This document shows, piece by piece, positions 47,694 to 59,899 of a stretch of DNA of 64,000 nt. Location: positions 130,920,002-130,984,001 of the forward strand of contig NC_090375.1 of assembly GCF_036365525.1 (NCBI RefSeq), written 5' to 3'. The first letter of the stretch is position 1; every line of letters begins with the position of its first letter. This DNA is from Heterodontus francisci. Taxonomy: Eukaryota. Below the pieces are notes generated by a model. The model ran no database searches and was not told where the DNA came from. It saw only the letters and a program-made list of their open reading frames with translations. Made by a program: the position numbers and the translations under genes.

Positions 47694-49563
47694 TGTTACG
47701 ATCAAGTACAGAGGGATCAAATGGTTCCCCTCTTTTCCCTCTCCCTGTTTGGCCGCAATAAGTTTACTCCTTTTTTGAAAAGGATCTATTTGCCAATTCA
47801 ATGAGTGTTTAACTGTTTCCGCGCTGTGATCATAAAAGAACTAATCAACAGGTTTTCTTGAGTTTAACAAATAAACAGGTTAGCTTTATTATACTTAAAC
47901 TGATCTAAGTAAAATAATAAAATATGTTCTGACTTTCTCACACACACACTCGAAGTTGACACACACACAAATAGATTACAGAATGAAGGGGTGGATATAT
48001 TGATAAAAATAGAGTCCAGAGAAATGAAAGGGGTATACAGTTGGTTGAGATTGGTGACTCAGCTGGCTTCAGGTTGAATTCGAATGTCATGCGACTTTCC
48101 TTTGGTGGTCCCGATGCTTCCAATTTGAAGGTGTGGATGGCTGAATTGATGGTTCTCCTGGAGACAGTAGTGCGGGGTTGATTTCCTTCAAGGAGTCTCT
48201 GTCTGCAGCAGGGGCATCCTTGGGTGGTCACGGTGATTCCTGATAACGCAGCCGGCCACTGACGTCATCAGGCTGCGCCAAGGTGCACACTTGTGCAGAC
48301 GGGCTCCTGCTCTCTGCGTGTGCGCTGCGTCCCGACTTGCCAGGACTGGTTAGCGCATGCGCTGATAACGTCATCGCGTGACGTGTGCATCTTCGGGCAA
48401 CACGCCTGGTCACACTCTGCACATGCGCATTACGCGTACAGCAATGCAACGTTAACGTATTCATCCATGCGTCAAACTCCGCTCCCCCCCTCACTGCTCT
48501 CACCGGCTGCTCCGCTCCCCTCCTCGCTTTTCTCTCCAGCTGCTCCGCTCTTTCAGCCGCTCTGCTCCCCCACTTCCTGTTCTCTGCGACTGCTCTGCTC
48601 TTTCGGCTGCTCCGCTCCCTACCCCCCGTCCCCGGCCCGCTCGCTCACCCCCTACCCAGCCCGCTCCGCTCCCCCCCCCTTTCACTCGCCTGCTCTGCTC
48701 CCCCACCCTCCTCCGTCCCTGGTCATCTCCACCCCCCCCCTCCTTCACCAGCCCACTCCACTCTGCTCCCCCCCCCGTCTCTGGCCCGTTCGCTCGCTTT
48801 CCCCCTCCTGCTATTGTATGCTGCCATGTGTTTAGGTCAGGTTGCCTTCGTGTGATTATTTGAGCCGCGCCATCTTTAGTCCTGGCAGCTGCCTGAAGTC
48901 GCAGACTGTGATGTTTTAGTGGCACATGCTGCATGTGCGCATGTACCACTGCAGCACCACCTAGTGGTAGCATTGTCAGCAAACGCAGCCGTCAGCAAAA
49001 AGGGTTCGAAGCTTGCAAGGTGGATGGAGGGAGAGACGAAGGAAGGAGGGACCCCACTTGATCTTCTCCTGTCAGCGTCTAACTGCTTGGTCACTTACTG
49101 CAGAGAAAGCAGAAGCTTAAGCAAACGAAGGGTGGGCCTGTCACATGACCATCACCCAGTGATTCACGCATGGTTGTTACTAGTGTATTCCTCCTTGTAA
49201 CTTAATTAGTCCATGTCAAGGAATCCCCTCCTCACAGCTAGGGTTCCATTGTTCAAGTGATTATGTTTAGTGGTTCATCACCAGTTGAATACCTCAGGTG
49301 ATTGTCTTGATGCGTTGCTAATGGAAACAGGATATGTGGTTCATTCTGACTCTCCAAGTCATTGTCCTTGATGGGTCCTTGCAGACGTGATATCTCCCTC
49401 TCAATGGATTGGAATGTGGAAGGTACAGTGCTGCAAATTGGGATAGCCATCTTTAGCTGCAACCATCAAGTCCTCTTGAGTCTCTATTTTTGTAAAATTC
49501 AATTCAGGTTTCCAGATGGTGGATTAAAAATCATCTTTCTACATAAAGCACATTTTTGTGACA
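47694..49563 (-). mobile_element. Solo LTR containing a GC-rich insert
   Basis: tgttac..gtgaca ends, perfect 4-bp TSD cact (47690-47693, 49564-49567), minus-strand AATAAA at ~47885. Confidence 0.75.
48245..48991. other. CpG-rich segment bounded by a 10-bp direct repeat, unclassified
   Basis: aacgcagccg at 48245-48254 and 48982-48991; abrupt CpG enrichment; (gctcc/ctccc)-rich core. Confidence 0.5.
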
Positions 49564-51321
49564 CACTGTAGATACCCAATGAATTTCAGGCCCATAATAT
49601 CATTCTGGCCTAAACTTTGCTGGGGTTCCACTCCTGCTAGGATGAATGCACCTTAAACCATCACTTACTTGCAACAGAATTTAGGGCATAACTTAAATGA
49701 AGCAAATGGCTAGCAGATCCTCTCTCATTCCCAAATTCTGCCTTCCCCTGCACCCCTCCATAGATCCTTCAGGTTTATGCCCCACCAATCCATCAGAATT
49801 CCTGTGTCCTAGTATTTGTGTACTTATAAACTGTTCTTTTACATATCACTTCCCTAGTTTTCTCTTAGGTATAATGTTACCATTTTATTCTCAATTATTC
49901 TTCTTTGGTCCAGAGACATTTACATCTCCTTTGAGGGTTTCATACTTGCATAAATGATTTTAGCTTCGGGATTGTTCTATTTTAATTTCTGTCACACTCT
50001 GTGCTTTCCTACAGGATTTTTGTTGCAGTGCCTGTGGCTTTGTGATGTCCTTCTTTAACTCTGGTACTATATAATGTTTGTTTCTTCAAGTTTAGTTTGG
50101 TTTCCTTAATCTCAATTGTCATCAGTTTTTGTTCTCTCTTCCTGTCCTTTTCCTAGAAGTGATGAATTTGCTTCAGTCTCTTTTTTTTCCTGTCTTATAT
50201 CTTCAGGCGATATGCTCCTTACTCTGATTCAACTTTATTAACATTTTTTTCCTTCTTACAGAATTGGGGCTCTATCTTTTTCCTCTTATTCAGCTCATTC
50301 ATCTTTCAGACTGTTTCATGAATTGGTTTCCCAACCTTAGGAGCTGGATTGAGAATTCTTGGGGCCTTGAGCATCAAGAACATTTGCAGCCTTTTCTGGT
50401 TCCACACATACAAGCAACCCGAACCCCTCCCCGCCACAATCCATTAAAACACAAATGAGTAGTAAAATGCATGAAGAAATAGGTCTGTAGAATGTTTACA
50501 AACTGCATTTATAACACTTATGCCAGGATCAGCGGCTAACAGATCTTTTGGGTCATGGTGAATATCGTTTTTGAAATATCACTGTTGAGCAACCTGTTAC
50601 TTTTACATTTTTTTACTTCATAATTTCGTAATAGACCCCAATCAATAGTGGTAATGTACAGGAGACAAGCAAACTGACATAACAAAAAGGCTAATATGCT
50701 TGTCGTCTGATTCATTTCTGTGTTATTAAGATTAATTATGGAACAGAAAGCGCCGACAGACATCTCATCAACCAGACAGAAAAGACCAATTCCCACAATT
50801 ATGAATATTTTGATAATCTCTTGACTGATTGGAAGAGAATGAAGCATGAAGGGCCATTCAGTTATTTGACTTGAACAATTATAGAAACCAAGTGCAGGAA
50901 TTAATAAAGGCAAGGTGATAGTGCAAAAATTTAAAAATACATTCTACATTTTATTAACCTAGAAATACTCATCAGAATCATGTTGTTGCAATCAGCCTCA
51001 CAACCACCAATAACCCTTCAACAACTCCAAATGAAAAGGTTTTACCACTGTCTTTCTATTTTGGGTCTCAAAGTGTGACATCTTCTTCAAAAATCTCTGT
51101 GAGTGCATCTGTTAACAGTTCCTTCATATCATTCTCTGAGATCCTGCTAGACTGGGTTATGATCACTCAGCCACCTATCTCCATCCTATTCCACAACCAT
51201 TGGAATTTAGTGGATTTATGGGTTTTCCTAAAAAGAAATAGTAGTTTGGCTGCGCAGAATGTGAACTTAGTAAAATGCAGCCGATCTTAGTAAAATGTAA
51301 CACATCCAACATGCTCATTAT

Positions 51322-51449
51322 TCTGACGAAAGGCCACAGGCCTGAAATGTTAACTCTGTTTCTCTCTCCACAGATGCTGCCAGACCTGCTATTTCCAACA
51401 TTTTCTGGGGTTTTTTCAAATTTCCAGCATCTGCAGTGTTTGCTTTTGT
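51322..51449 (+). mobile_element. 128-bp PLE 3' unit (hammerhead plus tail) with 11-bp TSD
   Basis: CTGACGA-A-AGGCC/ACA/GGCCT-GAAAT-GTT-AACT then the PLE tail; flanks atgctcattat / atgctcaatat. Confidence 0.8.
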
Positions 51450-52064
51450 ATGCTCAATATCCCCTTTAACTTGTTTTCACCTTAATAATTTTGATGTAAA
51501 TTATGTGAAAGCTTCTGTGTTAATGACTTTTCCTCAGTGGCAAGAAGTTGCAATTCTTTCATTTGCCCACTAGATGTGGCTTTGCAGAAAAGAGCCTCTC
51601 GTCTGAGTTGCAGGAATTTTCTGGTAAGTCTTTGTTAACCAATCAGATTCTGCAGAACTGTCTGGAATCCTGACAAACATATGACAGTATTTGTTACTGA
51701 GGTGGGTGCTATAATATAGAAGGCTTGTGCAATTCAAAGCGCAGTAAAATGTAAGGAGGTATTTTAGACTATTCTTTTTCCAGGGTCACGTTTCCAAAAT
51801 AATGGAATTTGTACAGCATCAGCCTGATTTAGAATTTGTAGCACTACTTTTCGATGTATTTTTATGGGTCAAAGTGTGTTTCAGTTCACTATGTAGGGTG
51901 GATCAAATGTCTTTACTTTGATTGGATAACATAATTTCTTTTTTATAGCAAGGACTTTGATCTGGTTTAAATTTCATTATGTTTTAGTGTTAATGCAACA
52001 TTAGCACTATGGGTAGAGAATTACTTTTTCTGTGTCGCTGTAGTTTGACTGTGAAGGCTTCCTG

Positions 52065-53745
52065 AATCATAGAATGGTTACAGCACAGAAGGAGGCCATT
52101 CAGCCTGTTGTGTCCATGCCAGCACTCTGCAAGAGTAACTCAGCTAGTCCCACTCCCCTGCCCTTTCCCCAAAGCCCTGCAAATTGTTTCTCTTCAGGTG
52201 CTTATCTGAAACCCTTTTGAATGCCACAGTTGAATCTCTCTCCAGCACACTTTCAAGCAGTTCATTCCTGATCCTAACCATTTGCTGAGTAAAAACACTT
52301 TTCTTTGTGTCACTGTTGATTCTTTTGCCACTCACCTTAAATCGGTGTCATCTGGTTTTTGACCCTTCTGCCAATGGGAACAGTTTCTCTATCTGCTCTG
52401 TTTAGACCCCTCATCAATTAAAACACTTCAATTAAATCTCCTCTCAACCTTCTCTTCTTTAAGGACAACAACCCCAACCTTTCCAATCTATCCACATACT
52501 GAAGTTCCACATCCCTAGAACCATTCTCATAAATGTTTTCTGCATCCTCTCATATGCCTTCACATCCTTCCTAAATTGCAGTGCCCAGAATTGAACATAA
52601 AGTTCCAGTTGAGGCCGAACCAATGTTTTATAAAGGTTCAGCATAACTTCCTTGCTTTTATAGGAACATAAGACTTAGGAAGAGGAGTAGGCCATTTGGC
52701 CCTTCGAGACTGCTCCACCATTCCATAAGGCCATGGCTGATCTGATTGCGGTCTTAATTCCACTTTCCTGTCTGCCAACCATAACCCTTGACTCCCTTTT
52801 CTATCAAAAATCGATCTAACTCAGCCTTGAATAAATTCAATGACCCAACCTCCACTGCCTTCTGGGGAAGAAAATTCCACAGACTAATGACCCTTTGAAA
52901 AAAAAAAGTCTCCTCATCTCCGTCTTAAAAGGGAGATCTCTTATTCTCAAACTGTGTCCCCTAGTTCTAGTCTCGCCCACAAGAAGAATCATCCTCCATT
53001 CTACCAAGTTCCCTCAGGATCTTATATGTTTCAATAAGATCACCTCTCATTCTTCTAAACTCTAATGGGTATAGGCCCAACACGTTCAACCTTCCTTCAT
53101 ACGATAAGCCCTTCATCCCCAGAATTAGTTAAGTGAACCTTCTCTATGTATACTATGCCTCTATTTTTAAAGTACAGGATCCCATATGCTTTCTTAATCA
53201 CTTTCTCAACCTTCCCTTGCCACCTTCAATGATTTGTGCACATATACCCCCAGGCCTATCAGTTCCTGCATCCCCTTTAGAATTGTACCCTTTATTTTAT
53301 ATTATCTCTCTTCGAATCACTTCACAATTCTCAGCATTAAATTTAATTTACCACAGGTCTGCCTATTCCACCAGCCTGCCTATGTCTTCTTGAAGTCTAT
53401 CACTATCCTCCTTACAGTTCACAATGCTTCCACGTTTTGTGTCATGTGCAATTTTTTTAATTGTGTCCTGTACATCCAAGTCTAGGTCACTAATATAGAT
53501 CAAGAAAAGCAGTCCTAGTACCGGCTGCTGGGGAAACCCACTGTATACCTTCCTCCAGGCCAAAGAACAACCATTCACCACTACTCTCTATTTCCTGTCA
53601 CTAAGCCAACTTCGTATCCATGCTGACACTGTCCCTTTTATTCCATGGACTTTAACTTTGCTGGCAAGCTTATTATGTGGAACTTTATCAAATGTCTTTT
53701 GCAAGTCCATGCACACCACATCAACTTCGTTACCCTCATCAACCG
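52065..53745 (-). mobile_element. CR1-type LINE fragment with a nested CR1 3' fragment (~52660-53140)
   Basis: ORFs 52459-52644 and 53363-53581; a second CR1 tail taggaacataagacttagg at 52661. Confidence 0.85.
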
Positions 53746-55783
53746 TCTCTGTCGCACCAACAGAACAGAGCTCTTTACAAAAACTATATTACTGCCCCGT
53801 TTGGGCGTAACAAGTCCTGTGCCTTGCGTCCCAAGAACATCTGAAGAATGTCTGACTTGAGATTAAGTCAGGCCTTTTTTCAGGCAACCAGTGTGGTTTT
53901 CCTAGGACAGGCATTTGGCCTCTTGAATAGACTAATGAGGGGCCTGAAGCCTAGTTTAGGACCCCTAAGGGAAAACGGGATGCCCAGACATAAGGCCTGC
54001 TCCCACCAATGGGAGTCTCTCTTGAAAGGCTCAGTAGTCTCTTACACCTACCTTCAGCGGGGGCCTGTGAGGAGGGATCTCTCTCAGCCTTGGTCTCTCT
54101 TCCTACCCCCACCCACAAATCCCAGGCCTCAGGGAGCAGGACCTGACCAAACCGGTGCCATGGTTTCCCTGGCACTTTGTGTGAATGAACCTGGGACTCC
54201 GAGTATCTCCTCCTCATCCTCGGGGCCTCTTACCTGCTGAATGTGGTGTCCTGAATCCATAAACAGGTCCCTTCTCTCTGGCTGAAGCACAAACTTTGGG
54301 GTCACATGCTACGTCACCCATAACTCATGCATATACATCAGCACGTAGTGCAAAGTACCTCATGATCACTTCAGGCTCCAGGCTCAGCAAAGCTGTGGCA
54401 GGCCACACTTCTGGTTTCTTCAGGTGCACATACACAGTCCTGAACAAAAGAGGAATTGCTAAAAATCCCCAGTTTTCGAAGCGAGGGTTTGAATTTGACT
54501 TGAGAAATCTCACCTCTCGCAATTAATTTGTGAAAGTTAACATGGCTGAGCAATAACAGTGGCCCTGTGGCCCCAGCGGCAGTATGAAGACAACACACCA
54601 AAAGTTGCAAGCAAGGCCATGAGAAACAATATGGGTCTGGAATTCCAGGAAAGCTGTAAAGGGGAAAAATATGCAAAAAATTAAATCATAGTTCAATGTT
54701 CTTCTTACCTCCTTTACTAACCTATACCAACATGGTGAAAATAGAAAGGAGGCCCTAAGCTTTGAGATGCTCCAAAGTAATACTCAGTGGGCAGAGCCTG
54801 AAAGTGCAAGGAGTGTTTTTTTAAACTATGGACTTTCTATACTGCAGTAGTTATCAATTTTAGCAGCTGTCACAGTTATCTGCGGTTAAATGTTGCCAGT
54901 TTTAAACTGTGTTTTCCTTTAATGAAACCTGACACCTGATTTTTCAACATATTTTGAGATAGAATGTTGCAGCACACTGAGTAGTTTTAATATAGAATAA
55001 ATATTGTTCAGTCACTGTTGTTGGTGGACCAGAGTGAAATGTAAGCTTGTGCAGGTTTGCAAAATCGAGTAGCTATTGTTCTTGAAAACATCTGGCCTGG
55101 CTTTCAGGCAGCATTAGGAATCCTCATTAAAAACAGGCAAGAGCTTCATTTCAGTATTTAAATATATTGCATGAATGAGTGAATGGGAAGAAAAGTAGCA
55201 GTGACAGGGAAGTACTAACCCTGAGCTTCAGTGATGTTTCCAGGTTCACTGTGGCACACTCACTCTACATTGTCAGGCCCCCTATGTTCAGCATGACCTG
55301 TTCATATGGTTTGAGGGTCTGAAGTGAGGGGTGCCCTACAGTTCTGGTCTACTCCCCCATGTTATATATCACTTTGTCCAGCAGCAGAGAATAGTGCTAC
55401 AATATTGGAAGTTTGGAGAGCGCATAAAGAATGACAGCCTGTTTGCTCAGAACAGGAGTCGGCCATTCAGCCCCTCAAGCCTGGTCTACCATTAAGTTAG
55501 ATCATGGTTGATCTGTATCTGAACTCCATTTACCCACCTGGTGTCCCAGTTCTTGTGTAAATAAATGAATGTGCAACATGCAGGGTAGTTGTGCGATAAG
55601 CTTGTTTTGTGGGATCACCTTTTCAAATGGCCACGCAACAGCAATTCCAATGTGAAGTAGCAGAAGTAAGGTATGCCCTGCTACAGTATGGAAATGTATG
55701 TTAAGCTTGGAAAGAACTGTTTCAGAAACATAGCAATTGCTAGATAAAAAAGACCAATCTCCATCCAGTTTGCATTCTATCAT

Positions 55784-55994
55784 AAAAGCAAAATACTGCG
55801 GATGCTGGAAATCTGAAATAAAAACAAGAAATGCTGGAACCACTCAGCAGGTCTGGCAGCATCTGTGGAAAGAGAAGCAGAGTTAACGTTTCGGGTCTTC
55901 CGAAGAAGGGTCACTGACCCGAAACGTTAACTCTGCTTCTCTTTCCACAGGTGCTGCCAGACCTGCTGAGTGGTTCCAGCATTTCTTGTTTTTA
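55784..55994. mobile_element. 211-bp palindromic mini-PLE with 14-bp TSD
   Basis: Inverted arms 55817-55897 and 55916-55996 (one mismatch), extra tail on the left arm, TSD ttgcattctatcat (55770-55783, 55995-56008). Confidence 0.92.
55898..55932 (+). ncRNA. Hammerhead motif at the centre of the mini palindrome
   Basis: TT-CCGAAGA-A-GGGTC/ACT/GACCC-GAAAC-GTT-AACT; stem I 5' strand truncated. Confidence 0.6.
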
Positions 55995-56142
55995 TTGCAT
56001 TCTATCATCCTGGCTGTCACATGATACAACAATAATGTAATTGACTAATCATAGCATTAGTCTATTACAATTAGTCTCCAACAGACATGACATGACATGA
56101 GGGAAACCTGTGGTGGACAGCTTTCGGAACCATAATCCAAAG

Positions 56143-56494
56143 TAAAGGCCTGCTCGGGTCTGCAAATGGGACTCGACCCGAGCCCGACAGAACCCCATCT
56201 GACCCCGAGCCCGACCCAGCCCGAGTCCTTCCATTTTTTCACACGCCCGACCCGACCATCAGTTAACTTACCTTCCGTTTTTCACTTTGTTCCTTAACTG
56301 CACAAAATCACTTTTAAAGTCCAAAAAGTAAATTAACGTTAAGGTCACTTACCTGAGGTGGTGATAGAGCGTGGCCGATCCGGCCCGAGCCGACCCGAGC
56401 CCAAATGCCGGACCCGGAAGTTCGACCCGACCCAACCCGAACCCGACACATGTCGTCGGGTCCCTTCAGGGTCGGGTCAGGTAGCAGGCCTTTA
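56143..56494. mobile_element. hAT-like MITE
   Basis: TIRs taaaggcctgct / agcaggccttta, many (a/g)cccga subterminal repeats, 8-bp flanks atccaaag / atccacaa (6 of 8 match). Confidence 0.75.
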
Positions 56495-57114
56495 ATCCAC
56501 AATCACCTTTTCTCTCTTAGGCATGCTACACTTACTAAATGTCATGCCTCAAATAGCTCATATATTCTAACTCAAAGTTTTATTTTCTGAAAGAAATTTA
56601 TCTAATTTGCATTTGAATGAATCATTTTGTGGGGTTTATCATGCCTCTTCAGTCAGCTTGTACAAGGCTGAGAGGAAACTGTTTGTAGCCTACCTCCTTT
56701 GCCAATCTTGATAGACTGCAATGCTGGCTACCCTGACCTTGGCAGATTTCCTGAAGTTATTACCATTTTTCCTGATCTGCTCCCACATCCTCTGGATGTT
56801 TGTCACTACTGTGACTGTGGTAACCAACTCCTGCCAAGCAGCCTGGACTTCTATTTCTGCATTTCTTCTGTCAGCATTTCTCTCTGAAAATGGAGATACT
56901 CTGCCTTATTAGTTGCCAATGCGGAAAGAATATTTAATGCCAAAGTTTCATAGTCTTAGCTATCATTACAGGTAGACTATTTATATGATCCAGTTAGTTT
57001 TAAAACTGTGCAATACCTGGGCACTTAGAATGTGTTTTGACCCTTAACATTAGACTATTGATAAATTCAGGGAAATTGCGTATATCCTTAAGGCCAGTCA
57101 TATCATGGTGCAAG

Positions 57115-58440
57115 GAACAGGAACATAGGAACATAGGAAATAGGAGCAGGACTAGGCCATTCAGCCCTTCAAGCCTGCTCCACCATTCAACTAGATTATG
57201 GCTGATCTTCTACCTCAACGCCATTTTTCCGCACAATCACCAGATCCCTTGATATCTTTAATATTTAGAAATCTATCAATCTCTGTCTTGTACATACTCA
57301 ATGACTGAGCCTCCACAGCCTTCTGGTGTAGAGAATTCCACAGATTCACCATCCTCTGAGTGAAGAAATTCCCCCTCATCTCAGTCCTAAATGGCCTACC
57401 GCTTATTCCGAGAATGTGTCCCCGGTGGTTCTAGACCCCTCCAGCCGGGTGTCTTAACACTCTTAACCGGGTGTCTCGCTTTCCCTCTAAGGTCCTGACC
57501 CCATACTGAGTACCAATGGCACAAAACAAACTTTGGATACAATTTCCACTTTATGTGGAACACCTTTATTAACTCACCAAGCAATAGTATATACTGACAA
57601 CACCAGTTGCTTAGTAAACCCGTGTACAGGAGCTTTTTCCTGGATGGTCAGATCCATTGAACGATATCTTCCACATGATTTCCTGTGACTGATCAAGTCA
57701 CACTACCTGGCTGCAGCAACTTTGTGAGCTTGTGAGCTCTGGCTTTATGCCCCTTTCTGACCCTGGTCCCTTGACATGTAAGGTAATGTTTTAAATTGTG
57801 TCCTCCAATTGGGTTTCAGTGCCTTTTCAATCCCACCCTGGTGATGCAAGACCACCTGCATGTGGTCATATCCTGCTCTCAACAGGGGGAATTCTTAGGT
57901 GCATACCACCCATGGATGTGATATCTGCATCGTGATAAGGCAAGAAGGAAATCATTCACACATGTTTCAAAAGCCCATTGTCCATAAAAGTGGTTGTAGA
58001 CAGGCTGTTTGATGTTCTAACAATCCAGGCTACCACATCAGTAGCATATCCTGACTTGTCTGTTTGTGTGTGTAGGTGGAAGTCCTGGTTCAGATACGCT
58101 GTCTTTTAGTTTTAAAAAGTCCAATATGAACCCCAGCAATGATGTCTTCGGTCAGAATTCTCTTCCCTTCATCACGGTGTCCTTTAAATCCACAATTTTA
58201 CCATGCAGTGGGCTCACATGCTGGTTCACACCACAAATGCTTACATTTTACTTATGCACAGAAATACAGGAGATATTAGCAAATGCCTCACAGCATAACA
58301 AAAATGCAAAAGATTTCCAAATGCCTTACACAGGGGAAACATCTTTTCTGTATAAACCTTGTCAAGCCCTGTTAGAATTTTGTATGCTTCAATGAGATCA
58401 CCTCTCATTCTTCTAAACTTGACAGAATATAGGCCCAATA
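57115..58440 (-). mobile_element. CR1 3' fragment split by a solo LTR
   Basis: Tail (ggaacata)n at 57115; resumes at 58331 with GLYSVKFRRMRGDLIEAYKIL. Confidence 0.85.
57450..58330 (-). mobile_element. Solo LTR (881 bp)
   Basis: TG..CA, flanks cggg/cagg (4-bp TSD with a CpG-type change), minus-strand AATAAA at ~57565. Confidence 0.7.
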
Positions 58441-58559
58441 ATTTGTGCTGCTGTCTGTCTCCGGGTCCTCCTCTCTTCTGTTCTTTTAGGCACTGCTGTC
58501 TGGCTCTGTGTCCTCCTCTCTCCTACCGCATACTGAGCAAGATACATGTTTTTCTCTAG

Positions 58560-58885
58560 TTTTGCCTCAGGGAAAAACTAATTCCTCAGATTGGGACATC
58601 AGTATGAAGAGCTTACAATTTAAAATTGTGACCACGAGAGTGATGAGAGAGGTTAGGAGTCAGTTCTTTATGCAGAGAGTTGATGGCACATGGAATGCTT
58701 TGCCACAAGAATGGTTGAGCAAGACACCATTCCAGGTTTTCAGGGAAAATTGGATAAATATTTGAAGCAGATGAAAATAGGTCTATGAGGAGAGAACAGG
58801 ACAATGGATCAGTTTTGCATTGCTTTAGCAAAGAGTCGGAACAGACACGATGGGCTGAATTACCTTCTTCTATGCTGTACACGTC
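58560..58885 (+). mobile_element. Old CR1 3' fragment
   Basis: REVRSQFFMQRVDGTWNALP; tail tgggctgaattaccttcttctatgctgta. Confidence 0.7.
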
Positions 58886-59899
58886 GATGGTTCTAGGACA
58901 CAGTGTGTACACATTATCCTCAGATATAGATTGTAGAAGTCGATGTATAGAAATAGGTATTCCACTTCCCTCAAATAGCTTTAGCTCCAAAAGAGGCTAT
59001 AGATTATCACCTAGATGGAGACTAACCATGTTGGACTTCCTTACCTCCAATTAGGATGTGGATTGGTGGACTGTACATTGATCACAACAGTGACTGCAAT
59101 CTTAATCCAACCTGGTAGCTGGTCTAACTACACCTATTACCTCTGTTCTCAGTGACTTAGATTGCCTGCCGATCCAATGTATTCTCTCATGCAGATTAGT
59201 GGTCATCTATGGAAGTACTCAGTAGCAGGCATGCTAGAAGTCGACACAGAATAGCCCACTGACTTTTGGGCTAGTCAGCAGTGGATGTGGCTAAAGCATT
59301 CAGAGGGCCATCTTCAGTCAAGACCTGACCTCAATCCCAATTGATTTCCACGAAGACTCAGCAATAAACCAGCACATTTACTCCATTCACTTGGGAGTCA
59401 CTTAAAAGAAGTCACATATTAGGAGTAAAAAGGCACAAACAATATAAGGCACTAAGGAGAAATACTAGAGCAAAAAATGATAATGACACCTCCACATAGC
59501 ACAATGTAGGAGAATAAATTGATGGCACTTTTTTTGATCTATGTCCAGAGACTTCTTCCTGATGGTGCAGAATAAAGTAGTAGCAATGCAATGGATGGGT
59601 ATTGATGATAGGTAGTGCAGTAGTAGAGAGAGCTGTGTTCACACAATGGTTTAGTCACTTAATTGAGCACAGGCCAACAACAATCAAAGTGCCAGCTCTG
59701 GCATTTAGCTAAATATCTCTTCTAAGATCACCTGACTCAATAGTCTTCCTGGCTGCAGAAGTGTTTCTGGACAACATTCTTTTGTTCAATGTATCCTGCT
59801 CCGGCCTTGATTGTGGCCTTATTCCTTTCCATGGATATACATTTTTATATTGGTAAATCAGGCAGCATACACTCTACAGCATTCCTAATCTGTTGAAGC

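Larger units (their letters stand above)
47555..49593. mobile_element. Hairpin-type Harbinger-like MITE split by a solo LTR
   Basis: TIRs gggccatgaaat / atttcaggccc; internal inverted repeat ~47593-47619 vs ~47638-47664. Confidence 0.55.

Noticed and set aside
48293-48982. 156-180-aa Pro/Gly-rich ORFs as genes
   Set aside because: Open in several frames on both strands because of GC-rich low complexity.
53750-54680. Possible Gypsy integrase tail or LTR fragment
   Set aside because: Only faint resemblance (HHIQQVR, RHSS..RKA); no reliable motif or boundary.
55784-55994. MITE or pre-miRNA
   Set aside because: The arms are PLE 3' ends matching 12467-12600, and the ends are asymmetric, not TIRs.
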